The translations under genes were made by a program, and so were the position numbers. From Nitrospirota bacterium (lineage in GTDB: Bacteria; Nitrospirota; UBA9217), in NCBI GenBank assembly GCA_029858565.1, contig JAOUEV010000001.1, positions 64,001-128,000 of the forward strand: a DNA stretch of 64,000 nt. Direction: 5' to 3'. The notes under the pieces were generated by a model. The model saw only the letters and a program-made list of their open reading frames with translations. It was not told the DNA's origin and did not search any database. Shown one piece after another: positions 51,781 through 64,000 of the stretch; positions within the stretch are counted from its first letter, which is position 1; every line of letters begins with the position of its first letter.

Positions 51781-52998
51781 ATGCAACTGAATGATCTGCT
51801 CAAAGCGACGTTCGAAAAAAGAGCGTCGGACCTGCATCTGAAGGTCGGTGTTCCACCGGTCCTCAGGATCGACGGGAGGCTGGTGCCGCTTGATGCCGAG
51901 AAGCGGCTGACCCAGGAAGACACGGTCGCGATCGCGTCGGGCATCATGAACCCGGGCCAGAAGGCCCGGTTCAACGAGAAGAACGAGCTGGACCTGGCCT
52001 ACGCGGTCCCGGGGCTGGGACGTTTCCGCGTGAACATATTCAAACAGCGCGGCAGCGTGGGCATGGTATTCCGGTCCGTGCCCGCGAAGATCCTGAACTT
52101 CGAGGAGCTGCTCCTGCCCCCGGTATTGACGAAGGTCGCCCAGGAGCAGCGCGGCCTGATACTCGTGACCGGGACCACGGGAAGCGGAAAATCCACGACG
52201 CTCGCGGCCGTGATCGATTACATCAACACGGCGCGCACCACGAACATCGTGACCATCGAAGACCCCATCGAGTTCCTGCACCGGGACAAGAAGAGCATTG
52301 TGAACCAGCGCGAGATCGGTTCGGACACCTTCACCTTCGGAGAGGCGCTCCGGAGCGCCCTGCGCCAGGACCCCGATGTCATCCTCGTTGGCGAAATGCG
52401 CGACTTCGAGACCATTTCCACAGCGCTGACCGCGGCCGAGACCGGCCACCTCGTGCTGTCCACCCTCCATACGGTGGACACTTCCGAGACCGTGAACCGC
52501 ATCATCAACGCGTTCCCGCCCTTCCAGCAAAAACAGGTGCGCATGCAGCTGGCATCGGTCATCAAGGCCATCGTTTCCCAGCGGCTGGTCGCGCGCGCTG
52601 ACGGCAAGGGCCGCGTGCCTGCCGTGGAAGTGATGCTCGGGACCATGTCGGTGCGCGAAGCGATCATCGACGAGACCAAGACCCGCACCATCCCCGGGAT
52701 CATATCCTCGGGCATGGTCCATTACGGCATGCAGACCTTTGACCAGTCCCTTCTTGGCCACTACAAGAAAGGCATCATCACCTACGAGGAAGCGCTCACC
52801 ATGGCAAGCAACCCCGACGATTTCGCGCTCAAGGTCAAAGGCGTGCAGTCTACGAGCGACCTGGCCATGGAAGAGGATGAAAAAAAGAAGTCCGGATCAG
52901 GCATACGGGGCACCATCGGCGGAGCAAAGCCGGCGGCCAAGGAGTCCCCGGGCTCCTCAGGAAACTCGGATTTCAAGATCGACCGGTTCGGCAAGTAG
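51781..52998 (+). CDS. pilT: PilT/PilU-family type IV pilus retraction ATPase
   Basis: ASDLHL, GRFRVN, TGTTGSGKSTT, TIEDPIE, LRQDPD.ILVGEMRD, AETGH..STLHT, GMQTFD. Confidence 0.92.
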   Translation: MQLNDLLKATFEKRASDLHLKVGVPPVLRIDGRLVPLDAEKRLTQEDTVAIASGIMNPGQKARFNEKNELDLAYAVPGLGRFRVNIFKQRGSVGMVFRSVPAKILNFEELLLPPVLTKVAQEQRGLILVTGTTGSGKSTTLAAVIDYINTARTTNIVTIEDPIEFLHRDKKSIVNQREIGSDTFTFGEALRSALRQDPDVILVGEMRDFETISTALTAAETGHLVLSTLHTVDTSETVNRIINAFPPFQQKQVRMQLASVIKAIVSQRLVARADGKGRVPAVEVMLGTMSVREAIIDETKTRTIPGIISSGMVHYGMQTFDQSLLGHYKKGIITYEEALTMASNPDDFALKVKGVQSTSDLAMEEDEKKKSGSGIRGTIGGAKPAAKESPGSSGNSDFKIDRFGK

Positions 52999-53072
52999 GC
53001 GTGAGACGTGAAACTAAAGAGGGATAATATCATTTCAGGGCGGTCCTCAGTGACCGCCCGTTCAATTTGACC

Positions 53073-53561
53073 ATGGAGCAGGACGACAAGGAACTGAAAC
53101 GGGCAAAGAACAGCGCCTATCGTTTTCTCACCATCCGTCCCCGAAGCAGATACGAGGTCGAGCATAAGCTTCAGGACCGGGATTTCCCCTCGGACATCAT
53201 CACTTCCGTCATTGATCATCTTATCAGGCTTGGCTATCTTGACGATCGAAGGTTTGCGGCCCAATGGGCAGCGAGCCGTGTACGGACGCGCGGATTCGGC
53301 AGACGCAGGATCGAGCAGGAACTTTACACCAAGGGGATCAGCCGTGAACTTATCACCGATACCCTGAGGGAGCTCTTTTGCGACGAGCCGGAGCTTGATG
53401 TGGCGCGCAAGGAGGCGGAAAAGAAGCTTCGTTCCCTCGGACGGTTCGACCCGGAGGTCCGGAAGCGGCGGCTTGCCGGGCATCTGGAGCGGAAAGGATT
53501 CCCTGCGGAGATAATCGGGAAAGTCCTGAGGGAGACGGGCCGTGACCGACGCGAACCTTGA
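53073..53561 (+). CDS. recX: regulatory protein RecX
   Basis: AYRFL..RPRS..E...KL, GYLDD.RFA, G..RI.QEL..KGI, L.RKGF. Confidence 0.92.
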   Translation: MEQDDKELKRAKNSAYRFLTIRPRSRYEVEHKLQDRDFPSDIITSVIDHLIRLGYLDDRRFAAQWAASRVRTRGFGRRRIEQELYTKGISRELITDTLRELFCDEPELDVARKEAEKKLRSLGRFDPEVRKRRLAGHLERKGFPAEIIGKVLRETGRDRREP

Positions 53562-53587
53562 CTAATCCGATGAGAAGGGGTATGATC

Positions 53588-53607
53588 ATCCGTATTAAGT
53601 TACGGAT
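53588..53607. promoter_or_regulatory. palindromic operator of the Phd-RelE TA operon
   Basis: ATCCGTA-ttaagt-TACGGAT between a TTGACT..TATGAT promoter and the GGAGG RBS. Confidence 0.65.
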
Positions 53608-53621
53608 AATCGGAGGATATC

Positions 53622-53912
53622 GTGAAAGCAGCATTCAAAAGGGAAGAGATGGTAAGTGCAACAACGGTTGCGAAGAACTTCGGCAAGGTCGTTGCGGACC
53701 TTTTGGAACACCGGAAGGAGAAGGCGGCCGTGGTCAGGAACAATGAGATCACAGCGGTCATTCTGCCTGTCGAGGATTACGAGTACATGGCGGATGTGGT
53801 CGAGTTCGTGGAGCATCTCGAGATCTACGATATGGTCACGAAGCGACGGAAAAGCGCCGGCAAGCGCGTTCCCTTGGACAAGCTGTTGAAGGAGGAAGGC
53901 GTTGCGCTATAA
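53622..53912 (+). CDS. Phd/YefM-family antitoxin
   Basis: VSAT.VAKNFG..VVRNN...AVIL..EDYE. Confidence 0.85.
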   Translation: MKAAFKREEMVSATTVAKNFGKVVADLLEHRKEKAAVVRNNEITAVILPVEDYEYMADVVEFVEHLEIYDMVTKRRKSAGKRVPLDKLLKEEGVAL

Positions 53913-54210
53913 GGTCGTTCTTACCGCGGAAGCGGCGAACGATTTTCGCAGTCTTGACGGCTCGGTCAAGAAACAAGCCGCCCGACAGCTCAAAAAGCTC
54001 GAAGAATCACCTCACCTTGGCCAGCCGCTCGGAAATCGTGCAGGATTCGATCTGGCTGGTTACTATAAGCTGTACGCGGCAACTAAAGCCATCCGGATCA
54101 TCTATCGTATTATTGAGGATGAAGTCGTTGTGGAGATTCTAGGCATCGGCAAGCGGGCTGATTTCGAGGTCTATGCGGATGTGGCGAGAAGGTTGTTGAA
54201 GAAGAAGTAG
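53902..54210 (+). CDS. RelE/ParE-family toxin
   Basis: YKVVLT.EA..DF..LD, P.LG.PL, LAGYYKL, RIIY, IGKR. Confidence 0.88.
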   Translation: MRYKVVLTAEAANDFRSLDGSVKKQAARQLKKLEESPHLGQPLGNRAGFDLAGYYKLYAATKAIRIIYRIIEDEVVVEILGIGKRADFEVYADVARRLLKKK

Positions 54211-54326
54211 GTGAACCTGTTGTCAGGGATACCGGCTGTCCCGCACTAATCTGTTGAATTCTTCCCGTTTTTCTGCTATTTTCCCCAGTGCTGTTACTTT
54301 CTTAAATTTTCGCCAAGAGGTGTGTT

Positions 54327-56966
<2,640 letters not shown>

Positions 56967-57104
56967 TGCTGCTTAGATCTAAAAAGTAAAATGTATCTCG
57001 CGCGAAGCCGCAAAGGAAAGCAATGATCTGACGAACTTCTTTGCGGGCTTAGCGTCTTTGCGAGAGATATGATCTGGTCTGTTTATTTGAGAGTTGTGAA
57101 CTTG

Positions 57105-57142
57105 AACGCATCCGGAGCCCTTTCCGGGTGCGTTTTTCATTT
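57105..57142 (+). terminator. intrinsic terminator downstream of alaS
   Basis: AACGCATCCGGA-gccctt-TCCGGGTGCGTT-TTT. Confidence 0.7.
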
Positions 57143-57236
57143 TTCTCCAACCGCTTGTGCTTTGCTGTTCTATGCTATAATCAAATCAAACAGCTATAGT
57201 TAACTTCACAGGAACTCATCTCACAAGGAGGTTGCC

Positions 57237-57554
57237 ATGGTGGTTGCGGAGATCGTCAAGAGGGCTTTTCTGGCAGGGCTTGGTGCGCAGGAGAAGGCGA
57301 AGGAGTTCGTCGACGAGCTGGTAAAGGCCGGGGAGCTTTCAAAGAGCGACGCGGCTGCGATGGTCAAAGAATGGACCGAAAAAGCGCAGCAGAGCACCAA
57401 GGACGTGGATGTAAAGCTCAAGGACGCCGTGGCCGGCATCCTGGAAAAACTGCACATCCCGAATAAGGACGAGTTCGAACGGCTGGAAAAGAAGGTGCAG
57501 AGCCTTTCCGCGCGGGTCAGAAAGCTCGAAGGCGGGGGCGAGGCAGAGGACTGA
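57237..57554 (+). CDS. phasin-like coiled-coil protein (PhaF/PhaI-type)
   Basis: AFLAGLG..EKA.EFVDELVK.GE.S..IP.K.E..RLE. Confidence 0.75.
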   Translation: MVVAEIVKRAFLAGLGAQEKAKEFVDELVKAGELSKSDAAAMVKEWTEKAQQSTKDVDVKLKDAVAGILEKLHIPNKDEFERLEKKVQSLSARVRKLEGGGEAED

Positions 57555-57572
57555 TCGTCCGGGTAGAGCGCT

Positions 57573-59279
57573 ATGTCCTTCCTGGGGTTCTGGAGAAGAC
57601 ATTACCGGGACATTCCCCGGGTGCGGCATATCCTGATGGTGGCGTCCCGGAACGGGTTCGGCCATCTTGTGGAACAAACAGGTCTGCAGCGGTTCGTGTC
57701 CGTGGGCATGAGGTTTCTGGCGTTCCGGAAACCTCCGCCCATGGTCCATCCGCTCGGAGCGCCCGAACGGCTCCGGATCATGTTCGAGGACCTGGGGCCG
57801 ACATTTATCAAACTGGGCCAGGTGCTTGCCTGCCGGCCCGATCTCCTTCCCCTTGAGTATGCGCGGGAACTGGCAAAACTTACCGATTCCGTCGCTCCCT
57901 TTCCCTTCCCCGAAGCGCGAGAGATCATTGAGTCGGACCTGAACGCGGGTCTTGATGAACTGTTCAGCCGATTCGACGTTGTGCCGGTAGCTGCGGCATC
58001 GATCGCCCAGGTCCACAGCGCTGCCCTGCCCGACGGCCGCGAGGTCATGGTCAAGGTCCAACGGCCGAACATCGACCGCATCATTGAGCGCGACACCAGC
58101 ATCCTGAGCGGGATCGCCGCCCTCCTGGACACCCACGTGCGCGAGCTTCAGCCCTACAACCTGCCGGGGATCGTGGATGAGTTCGCCCGGACCATCGGCC
58201 GGGAGCTCGATTTCTACATCGAAGGATCGAACGCCCAGCGGCTGCGCAGGAACTTCGAGGCCGGCGACGTGCTGGTCATACCCGAGATCTACCCGGATCT
58301 ATCGAGCAGGCGGGTGCTGGTCATGGAGCGGATCGAAGGGATCCGGATCGACGACGTGGACGGGATCGTCCGGCGCGGCCATGACCGCAAGGAGATAACG
58401 AAAAAAGGGGCCGGCGCCTTTTTCAAGATGGTGTTCCAGGACGGACTGTTCCACGCCGACCCCCATCCGGGCAACATCTTTGTGCTCGCCGACGGACGGA
58501 TCGGCCTGGTCGACTTCGGCATCATGGGCCGGGTGACCGAAGAGAACATGGAGCATTTCGCCAACGTCCTGCTTGCGCTCGCGGATCACGATTATGATTC
58601 GCTGGCACGTCAGTATGTGAACCTCGGCTTCGTGTCCGAGGAGACCGTGGACATCGAGAAGTTCCAGCGCGGTCTGCGCGACGACCTGGAGGAGCTGCTG
58701 GAGCCTTATTACACCATGAAGGTCGGGCAAATAGACTTCGGCGTATACGTTGACCGGGTCTCGCGGATCCTGTCGCGGCATAAGCTCCGGCTTCCTCAGA
58801 ACCTCTACCTCATGGACAAGGCGCTGATCACGCTTGAAGGACTTCTGAAGCAGCTCGACCCGGAATTCAACTATTTCGAAGCTGCCCAGCCCTACGTGGA
58901 GGACCTGATCCGCAAGAGGCACCAGCCCGCACGGATGCTTCGGCGGGCGCGCAAGAGTTTGGCCGCGATGAACGACGCGGTGATCGATCTGCCGCGCCAG
59001 GCGCGATCAGCTCTTGGTAAGCTGCTTCGCGGCGACGTGGGGGTGAAGCTCCACCATGAGGGCCTGCACCATCTTATCCGCGACCTGGACAAGGCGAGCA
59101 ACCGGCTGTCATTCAGCATCATCACCGCTGCCATTATCGTGGCATCGTCCATTATCATCCACTCGGGGCTCGGCCAAAAGATCTTCGATCTGCCCGTGCT
59201 GGGGCTTGCCGGCTATGTCATCGCCGGTCTCTTCGGCATCTGGATCTTGATCGGCATCCTGCGGTCGGGACAACTATAA
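57573..59279 (+). CDS. UbiB/AarF (ABC1) atypical kinase
   Basis: LGPTFIKLGQ, AAASIAQVH, VKVQRP, FHADPHPGN, DFGIMG. Confidence 0.93.
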   Translation: MSFLGFWRRHYRDIPRVRHILMVASRNGFGHLVEQTGLQRFVSVGMRFLAFRKPPPMVHPLGAPERLRIMFEDLGPTFIKLGQVLACRPDLLPLEYARELAKLTDSVAPFPFPEAREIIESDLNAGLDELFSRFDVVPVAAASIAQVHSAALPDGREVMVKVQRPNIDRIIERDTSILSGIAALLDTHVRELQPYNLPGIVDEFARTIGRELDFYIEGSNAQRLRRNFEAGDVLVIPEIYPDLSSRRVLVMERIEGIRIDDVDGIVRRGHDRKEITKKGAGAFFKMVFQDGLFHADPHPGNIFVLADGRIGLVDFGIMGRVTEENMEHFANVLLALADHDYDSLARQYVNLGFVSEETVDIEKFQRGLRDDLEELLEPYYTMKVGQIDFGVYVDRVSRILSRHKLRLPQNLYLMDKALITLEGLLKQLDPEFNYFEAAQPYVEDLIRKRHQPARMLRRARKSLAAMNDAVIDLPRQARSALGKLLRGDVGVKLHHEGLHHLIRDLDKASNRLSFSIITAAIIVASSIIIHSGLGQKIFDLPVLGLAGYVIAGLFGIWILIGILRSGQL

Positions 59280-59434
59280 GAGCAGCAGTAAGGGGTAAGG
59301 AGCAAGGAACAGCAAAGCCGGTGCCGGTGGCTGGGAACAGCCGATATACCAGAGAACGTGGGATCACCTTTCGAATTATTCTCTCCATCTTATTGACGAA
59401 CCCGACATAGCGGTATATCATATTCGAACCTATC

Positions 59435-60535
<1,101 letters not shown>

Positions 60536-60631
60536 TAAGTGATAAGCAGTAAGCGCTAGAGCAGAAAAAGGGCTAGAGGGCTAAGAAGCAGGATCGAGGA
60601 TTACAGGATCAGAGGATTAAAAGGGTAGATG

Positions 60632-60654
60632 GTAGCCGCGGGCTTTAGCCTGCG
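60632..60654. repeat. GTAG-type REP
   Basis: GTAGCCGCGGGCTTTAGCCTGCG between convergent genes. Confidence 0.55.
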
Positions 60655-60663
60655 TTAGTCATG

Positions 60664-61020
60664 TTACTCGATCATGATCGTATATCCCGCGAACTCCGGT
60701 AACGCAGCAAGCATTTCCTTCATTCCGTCCGTCTTGAACTTTCCGTAGGCCATCGAAGTGTCGGAGAACTTGATGGCCTTTTTGTTCCCGTCGCGCTCGA
60801 ACTTCCCGCCGCCGAGGATATGCCAGGCTTTGTCGTGAATGAAAAACTTTTCCTTCCTGCTGTCGTAGCTTCCTTCGATGCCCTTGTCCATGCAGAACCG
60901 TTCCACGATGTTGGCGTGGTATTTGGTCAGCTCCTTGGGGGAGAGGATGAGATATATCTCGTTGCTGTTCCATATCTGGACGAACTTGCCCACGGTTGCC
61001 GAAGGGATGTCGGTTTTCAT
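60664..61020 (-). CDS. hypothetical protein
   Basis: GKFVQI..YHANIVERFC..GGGKF..S.AYGKF; host-like codon usage. Confidence 0.65.
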   Translation of the reverse strand: MKTDIPSATVGKFVQIWNSNEIYLILSPKELTKYHANIVERFCMDKGIEGSYDSRKEKFFIHDKAWHILGGGKFERDGNKKAIKFSDTSMAYGKFKTDGMKEMLAALPEFAGYTIMIE

Positions 61021-61072
61021 GATGGAACTGTAGTAAACGGGTGTGTAGTCGATGAATACCATGTACATGTTC

Positions 61073-61591
61073 TCAGGGCTTTACCTGCTCGATGAATCTT
61101 CCCTGATATCGTGCGTGTCCGTCGCACTTTTCGAACACGAACTGGCAGATCCGCGTGCCGGGATAGAGCGCCAGCGGTCCATGGCCCAGGTTCACGATCT
61201 CAAGCACCTGGTGATTCGAGATGCCCGGGTGCATGAATCCGGCGGTGACGTGCACGGCAAGGCCGAAGCGGGCGAACCTGCTTCTGCCTTCGAGCCTGCC
61301 CGAGATATTGTCCGCAAGGGTGATCTTTTCCCGGGTGATCCCCAGTATCATCTCTCCCGGTTTGATCACCATGTAGCTGCCGTCAGGCACATGCACGGTC
61401 CTGGTGATATCCTCGAACCGGGAATCGTTCTTGATGTGGTAGACCTTGAACTTCTTTTTGAACATCCTGAAATCGTTCCCAAGCGTAAGGTCAACGGACC
61501 CCGGACCGACCTGTGACCGGTCGAGCGGTTCGATCCTGATCGAACCATCAGCCAGTGCTTTCCCTATTTCTTCTCCGACCAGAATGCTCAT
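61073..61591 (-). CDS. dcd: dCTP deaminase
   Basis: PGSVDLTLG, EGRSRFAR.GL.VH.TAG, LEI.N, PG.RICQ. Confidence 0.93.
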   Translation of the reverse strand: MSILVGEEIGKALADGSIRIEPLDRSQVGPGSVDLTLGNDFRMFKKKFKVYHIKNDSRFEDITRTVHVPDGSYMVIKPGEMILGITREKITLADNISGRLEGRSRFARFGLAVHVTAGFMHPGISNHQVLEIVNLGHGPLALYPGTRICQFVFEKCDGHARYQGRFIEQVKP

Positions 61592-61594
61592 AGT

Positions 61595-62449
61595 TCACTC
61601 CCTCTGCCTCGGATCAAGCGCATCCCTTATGCCTTCGCCGAGCAGATTATACCCCAGCACGGTAATGAGGATGGCGAGGCCGGGAAAGGCTGAGAGCCAC
61701 CAGGCGATCTCGATGTTGTCCTTGCCTGACGAGAGCAGGCTGCCCCAGCTCGGTGTGGGCGGCTGGACGCCGAGGCCAAGGAAGCTCAGGCCTGATTCCA
61801 CGAGGATCGCGCCGCCGATGCCCATGGTAGCGGAAACAAGGATGGGGGAGAGGCCGTTCGGCAGGATGTGCTTGAAGATGATCCTGAAATCCGTTGCTCC
61901 GAGCGCCCTGGCCGCGGTGACGTATTCCCGCTCCTTGATGGCGATGAACTCCGCCCGAACGAGGCGGGCGGGCTCCATCCAGCTGGTGAGACCGATCACG
62001 ATCATGATGTTCATGATATTCGGCTCCAGGATGGCGATGACCGCGAGTACCAGGAAGATGGTGGGGATGCTCAGCATGATATCCACGAAGCGCATGAATG
62101 CGCTGTCGATGTATCCTCCGTAGAATCCCGCGATGGCGCCGACCAGGATGCCGATGAGGGTGGCGATGCCGATGGCCACGAAGCCCACTTCGAGCGAGAT
62201 GCGCGCGCCGTAGATCATGCGTGCCAGAACGTCGCGGCCCAGCTCGTCAGTGCCAAAGGGATGCTCCACGGTCGGCCCCACGAGGATATGCTTTACGTCG
62301 ATCTTCGACGGATCGTGCGGGCTGATCCACGGCGCAAGGACAGCGACCACGAACACGGCAAGCACCAGCAAACCGCCGATGACGGACAGCCAGTTCCTGC
62401 GGAAGGTCCGGAAAGTTTCGGTTGTTGTAAGGGTTATGTTGTTTGGCAT
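61595..62449 (-). CDS. peptide ABC transporter permease (OppC/DppC)
   Basis: HPFGTDELGRD, EYV.AARALGA..HILPN, ESGLSFLGLG. Confidence 0.93.
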   Translation of the reverse strand: MPNNITLTTTETFRTFRRNWLSVIGGLLVLAVFVVAVLAPWISPHDPSKIDVKHILVGPTVEHPFGTDELGRDVLARMIYGARISLEVGFVAIGIATLIGILVGAIAGFYGGYIDSAFMRFVDIMLSIPTIFLVLAVIAILEPNIMNIMIVIGLTSWMEPARLVRAEFIAIKEREYVTAARALGATDFRIIFKHILPNGLSPILVSATMGIGGAILVESGLSFLGLGVQPPTPSWGSLLSSGKDNIEIAWWLSAFPGLAILITVLGYNLLGEGIRDALDPRQRE

Positions 62450-62450
62450 G

Positions 62451-63422
62451 TCACTTCAGTCTCACTCTCGGGTCCGTGAGCGCGTACCCGATGTCCGCGA
62501 GGAAATTCCCGAGCATGGTGAGGCCCGCGGCAGGGACGAGCACACCCATGGCAACGTTGTAATCCCGCGAGAAGACGGCCTGGTACATGAGCTGACCCAT
62601 GCCGGGGATGCCGAAGACCTGCTCCATGATCACGCTGCCGCCGATGATGCCGGGCAGGGAGAGGCCGAGGATCGTGATCACGGGCATGAGCGCGTTCCGG
62701 AGCGCATGCTTGTACACGACCACGTTCTCGGAAAGTCCCTTGGCCCGGGCGGTCCTGATGTAGTCCTGGCGCAGGACCTCCAGCATGTTGTTCCGCATGT
62801 ATCTTGAGAAACCCGCCAGACCGCCGACAGCAGAGACAAATACCGGCAGGACCAGATGGTTCGCCTTGTCCATGAGCCTGTCCCAGCCTGACAGGCCGGT
62901 CAGGTCAAGGCTCTGGAGCCCGGAGATGGGCAGCAGGCCCCACTGGACACCGAAGAAATAGATCAGGAGCAGGGCGAGCCAGAAATGGGGCATGGAATAA
63001 CCCACGAACACGAAGATCGTGGTGAAACGGTCGAGGCTGGAATACTGGTGCGTTGCCGAGAGGATGCCTATGGGAATGGCGAGCAGCAGCACCACTGCGA
63101 GCGACAGAAGATTGATCGTGAGGGTGATGGGCAGGCGTTCGAGGATCTTGTCCTTCACCTTGCGGCCGTCGGCAAAGGCCTCGCCGAAATCCAGGGTAAC
63201 GAACTTGCGGAGCCAGGTGATGTACTGCTTGTGCACCGGCTGGTCAGCGCCATAGAGCTTCCGGAGCCGCTCCCGCGCCTCGGCAGAGGCCTTGGCCGAG
63301 AACTCCATCTGCGCTTCCGCAGGGCCGCCGGGCGCCATGTGCATGATCGTGAAAGAAAGGACCGTTATCCCGAGCAGGATGGGGACCATGAGCAAAAGGC
63401 GCTTTAGACTATAGAAGAGCAT
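62451..63422 (-). CDS. peptide ABC transporter permease (OppB/DppB)
   Basis: PGGP, DFG, ERLP.T, DYIRTARAKGL..HALRNA, E.VF..PGMG. Confidence 0.93.
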   Translation of the reverse strand: MLFYSLKRLLLMVPILLGITVLSFTIMHMAPGGPAEAQMEFSAKASAEARERLRKLYGADQPVHKQYITWLRKFVTLDFGEAFADGRKVKDKILERLPITLTINLLSLAVVLLLAIPIGILSATHQYSSLDRFTTIFVFVGYSMPHFWLALLLIYFFGVQWGLLPISGLQSLDLTGLSGWDRLMDKANHLVLPVFVSAVGGLAGFSRYMRNNMLEVLRQDYIRTARAKGLSENVVVYKHALRNALMPVITILGLSLPGIIGGSVIMEQVFGIPGMGQLMYQAVFSRDYNVAMGVLVPAAGLTMLGNFLADIGYALTDPRVRLK

Positions 63423-63427
63423 GGGGG

Positions 63428-63682
63428 CTAGTCTTTGACCTTGTAGACAAGGTCAAAGGGATTGGCAGGCTGGGAAAGCTTGATACCCGTGAACTGGCCG
63501 CGCATGGCTTTTTCGACCGGCTTGTGGTCGAACTCCATGGCGTCCACCTTCTGGGTGAAATCCGTGCCATTACCCTTGATGTGGATGGTCTCTCCTACGG
63601 CAAGGTCGCCGAAATCGAGTTTCACCGCGGCAATGGAATTCTTCTCAAAATACCTGATGACCGATCCGATCCGCTCTTCCAT
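63428..63682 (-). CDS. small EF-Tu domain II-like / U32 C-terminal-like beta-barrel protein
   Basis: IG.V..YF.K..IAAV.L..L.VG.TIHIKG..TDF.QKV..M. Confidence 0.7.
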   Translation of the reverse strand: MEERIGSVIRYFEKNSIAAVKLDFGDLAVGETIHIKGNGTDFTQKVDAMEFDHKPVEKAMRGQFTGIKLSQPANPFDLVYKVKD

Positions 63683-63796
63683 GGGGTCAATGATAGTATA
63701 AAATCCCCGTTCTTTCAAGAAAAAACCATGATGCCCCCGTCCGGGGGAGACGGCGAGAACGGCCGATAACCTTCAATCATTTTAACCTCATAGCGC

Positions 63797-63825
63797 TTGA
63801 CAAGGCAGGGGGCGGCGAGTATTAT
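63797..63825 (+). promoter_or_regulatory. sigma70 promoter of tRNA-Pro
   Basis: TTGACA-17 nt-TATTAT. Confidence 0.7.
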
Positions 63826-63863
63826 ATGGTCTGCCGTGAAGGGGCCAGGGAAGGTCAAATGCG

Positions 63864-63940
<77 letters not shown>

Positions 63941-63944
63941 GTTT

Positions 63945-63998
63945 AATTGCGGATTGCGGATTGTAGATTGCGGATTGCACGTTAATCCACAATCCCAA
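63945..63998. repeat. heptamer array (ATTGCGG)n with start of an inverted partner
   Basis: ATTGCGGATTGCGGATTGTAGATTGCGGATTGC..AATCCACAATCCCAAAT; same unit as at 49796. Confidence 0.7.
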
Positions 63999-64000
63999 AT

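Noticed and set aside
53597-53607. 10/11 reverse-complement match to the ATCCGTAACCT box
   Set aside because: Single copy forming half of a palindromic TA operator; most likely coincidence.

Overview
A roughly 60% GC bacterial chromosomal window. Gene content and synteny suggest Nitrospirota or a deltaproteobacteria-like lineage (inference). The housekeeping backbone is rhlB-like helicase, ftsB-like, GH57, glyQS, ppdK, ribD, Sec-type selD, pgpA-cinA-thpR-recA-pilT-recX-alaS, ubiB-like, mltG, dcd, a peptide ABC permease pair and tRNA-Pro. Accessory patches are interleaved. The most striking is 33.5-44.2 kb: a MalT-like/SARP(BTAD) activator sits ahead of an array of secreted or lipoprotein C-type-lectin-fold genes (four DUF1566/Lcl, one DUF1554-like). 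Their C-terminal ends show the codon signature of diversity-generating-retroelement (DGR) variable regions. The locus also has a broken Avd-like gene, a duplicated promoter with 11-bp tandem boxes, a thrice-repeated structured leader and a group IIC intron stub, but no reverse transcriptase or template repeat in the window. Other oddities include an MNT-HEPN pair with both catalytic motifs altered, followed by two 19-aa Lys-rich peptides; a GroES with a histone-H1-like tail; a split STAS/HATPase pair upstream of the recA operon; a B12-radical SAM plus type III PKS pair; and several in-frame deletions. All family calls come from motif recognition by eye, not from database searches.
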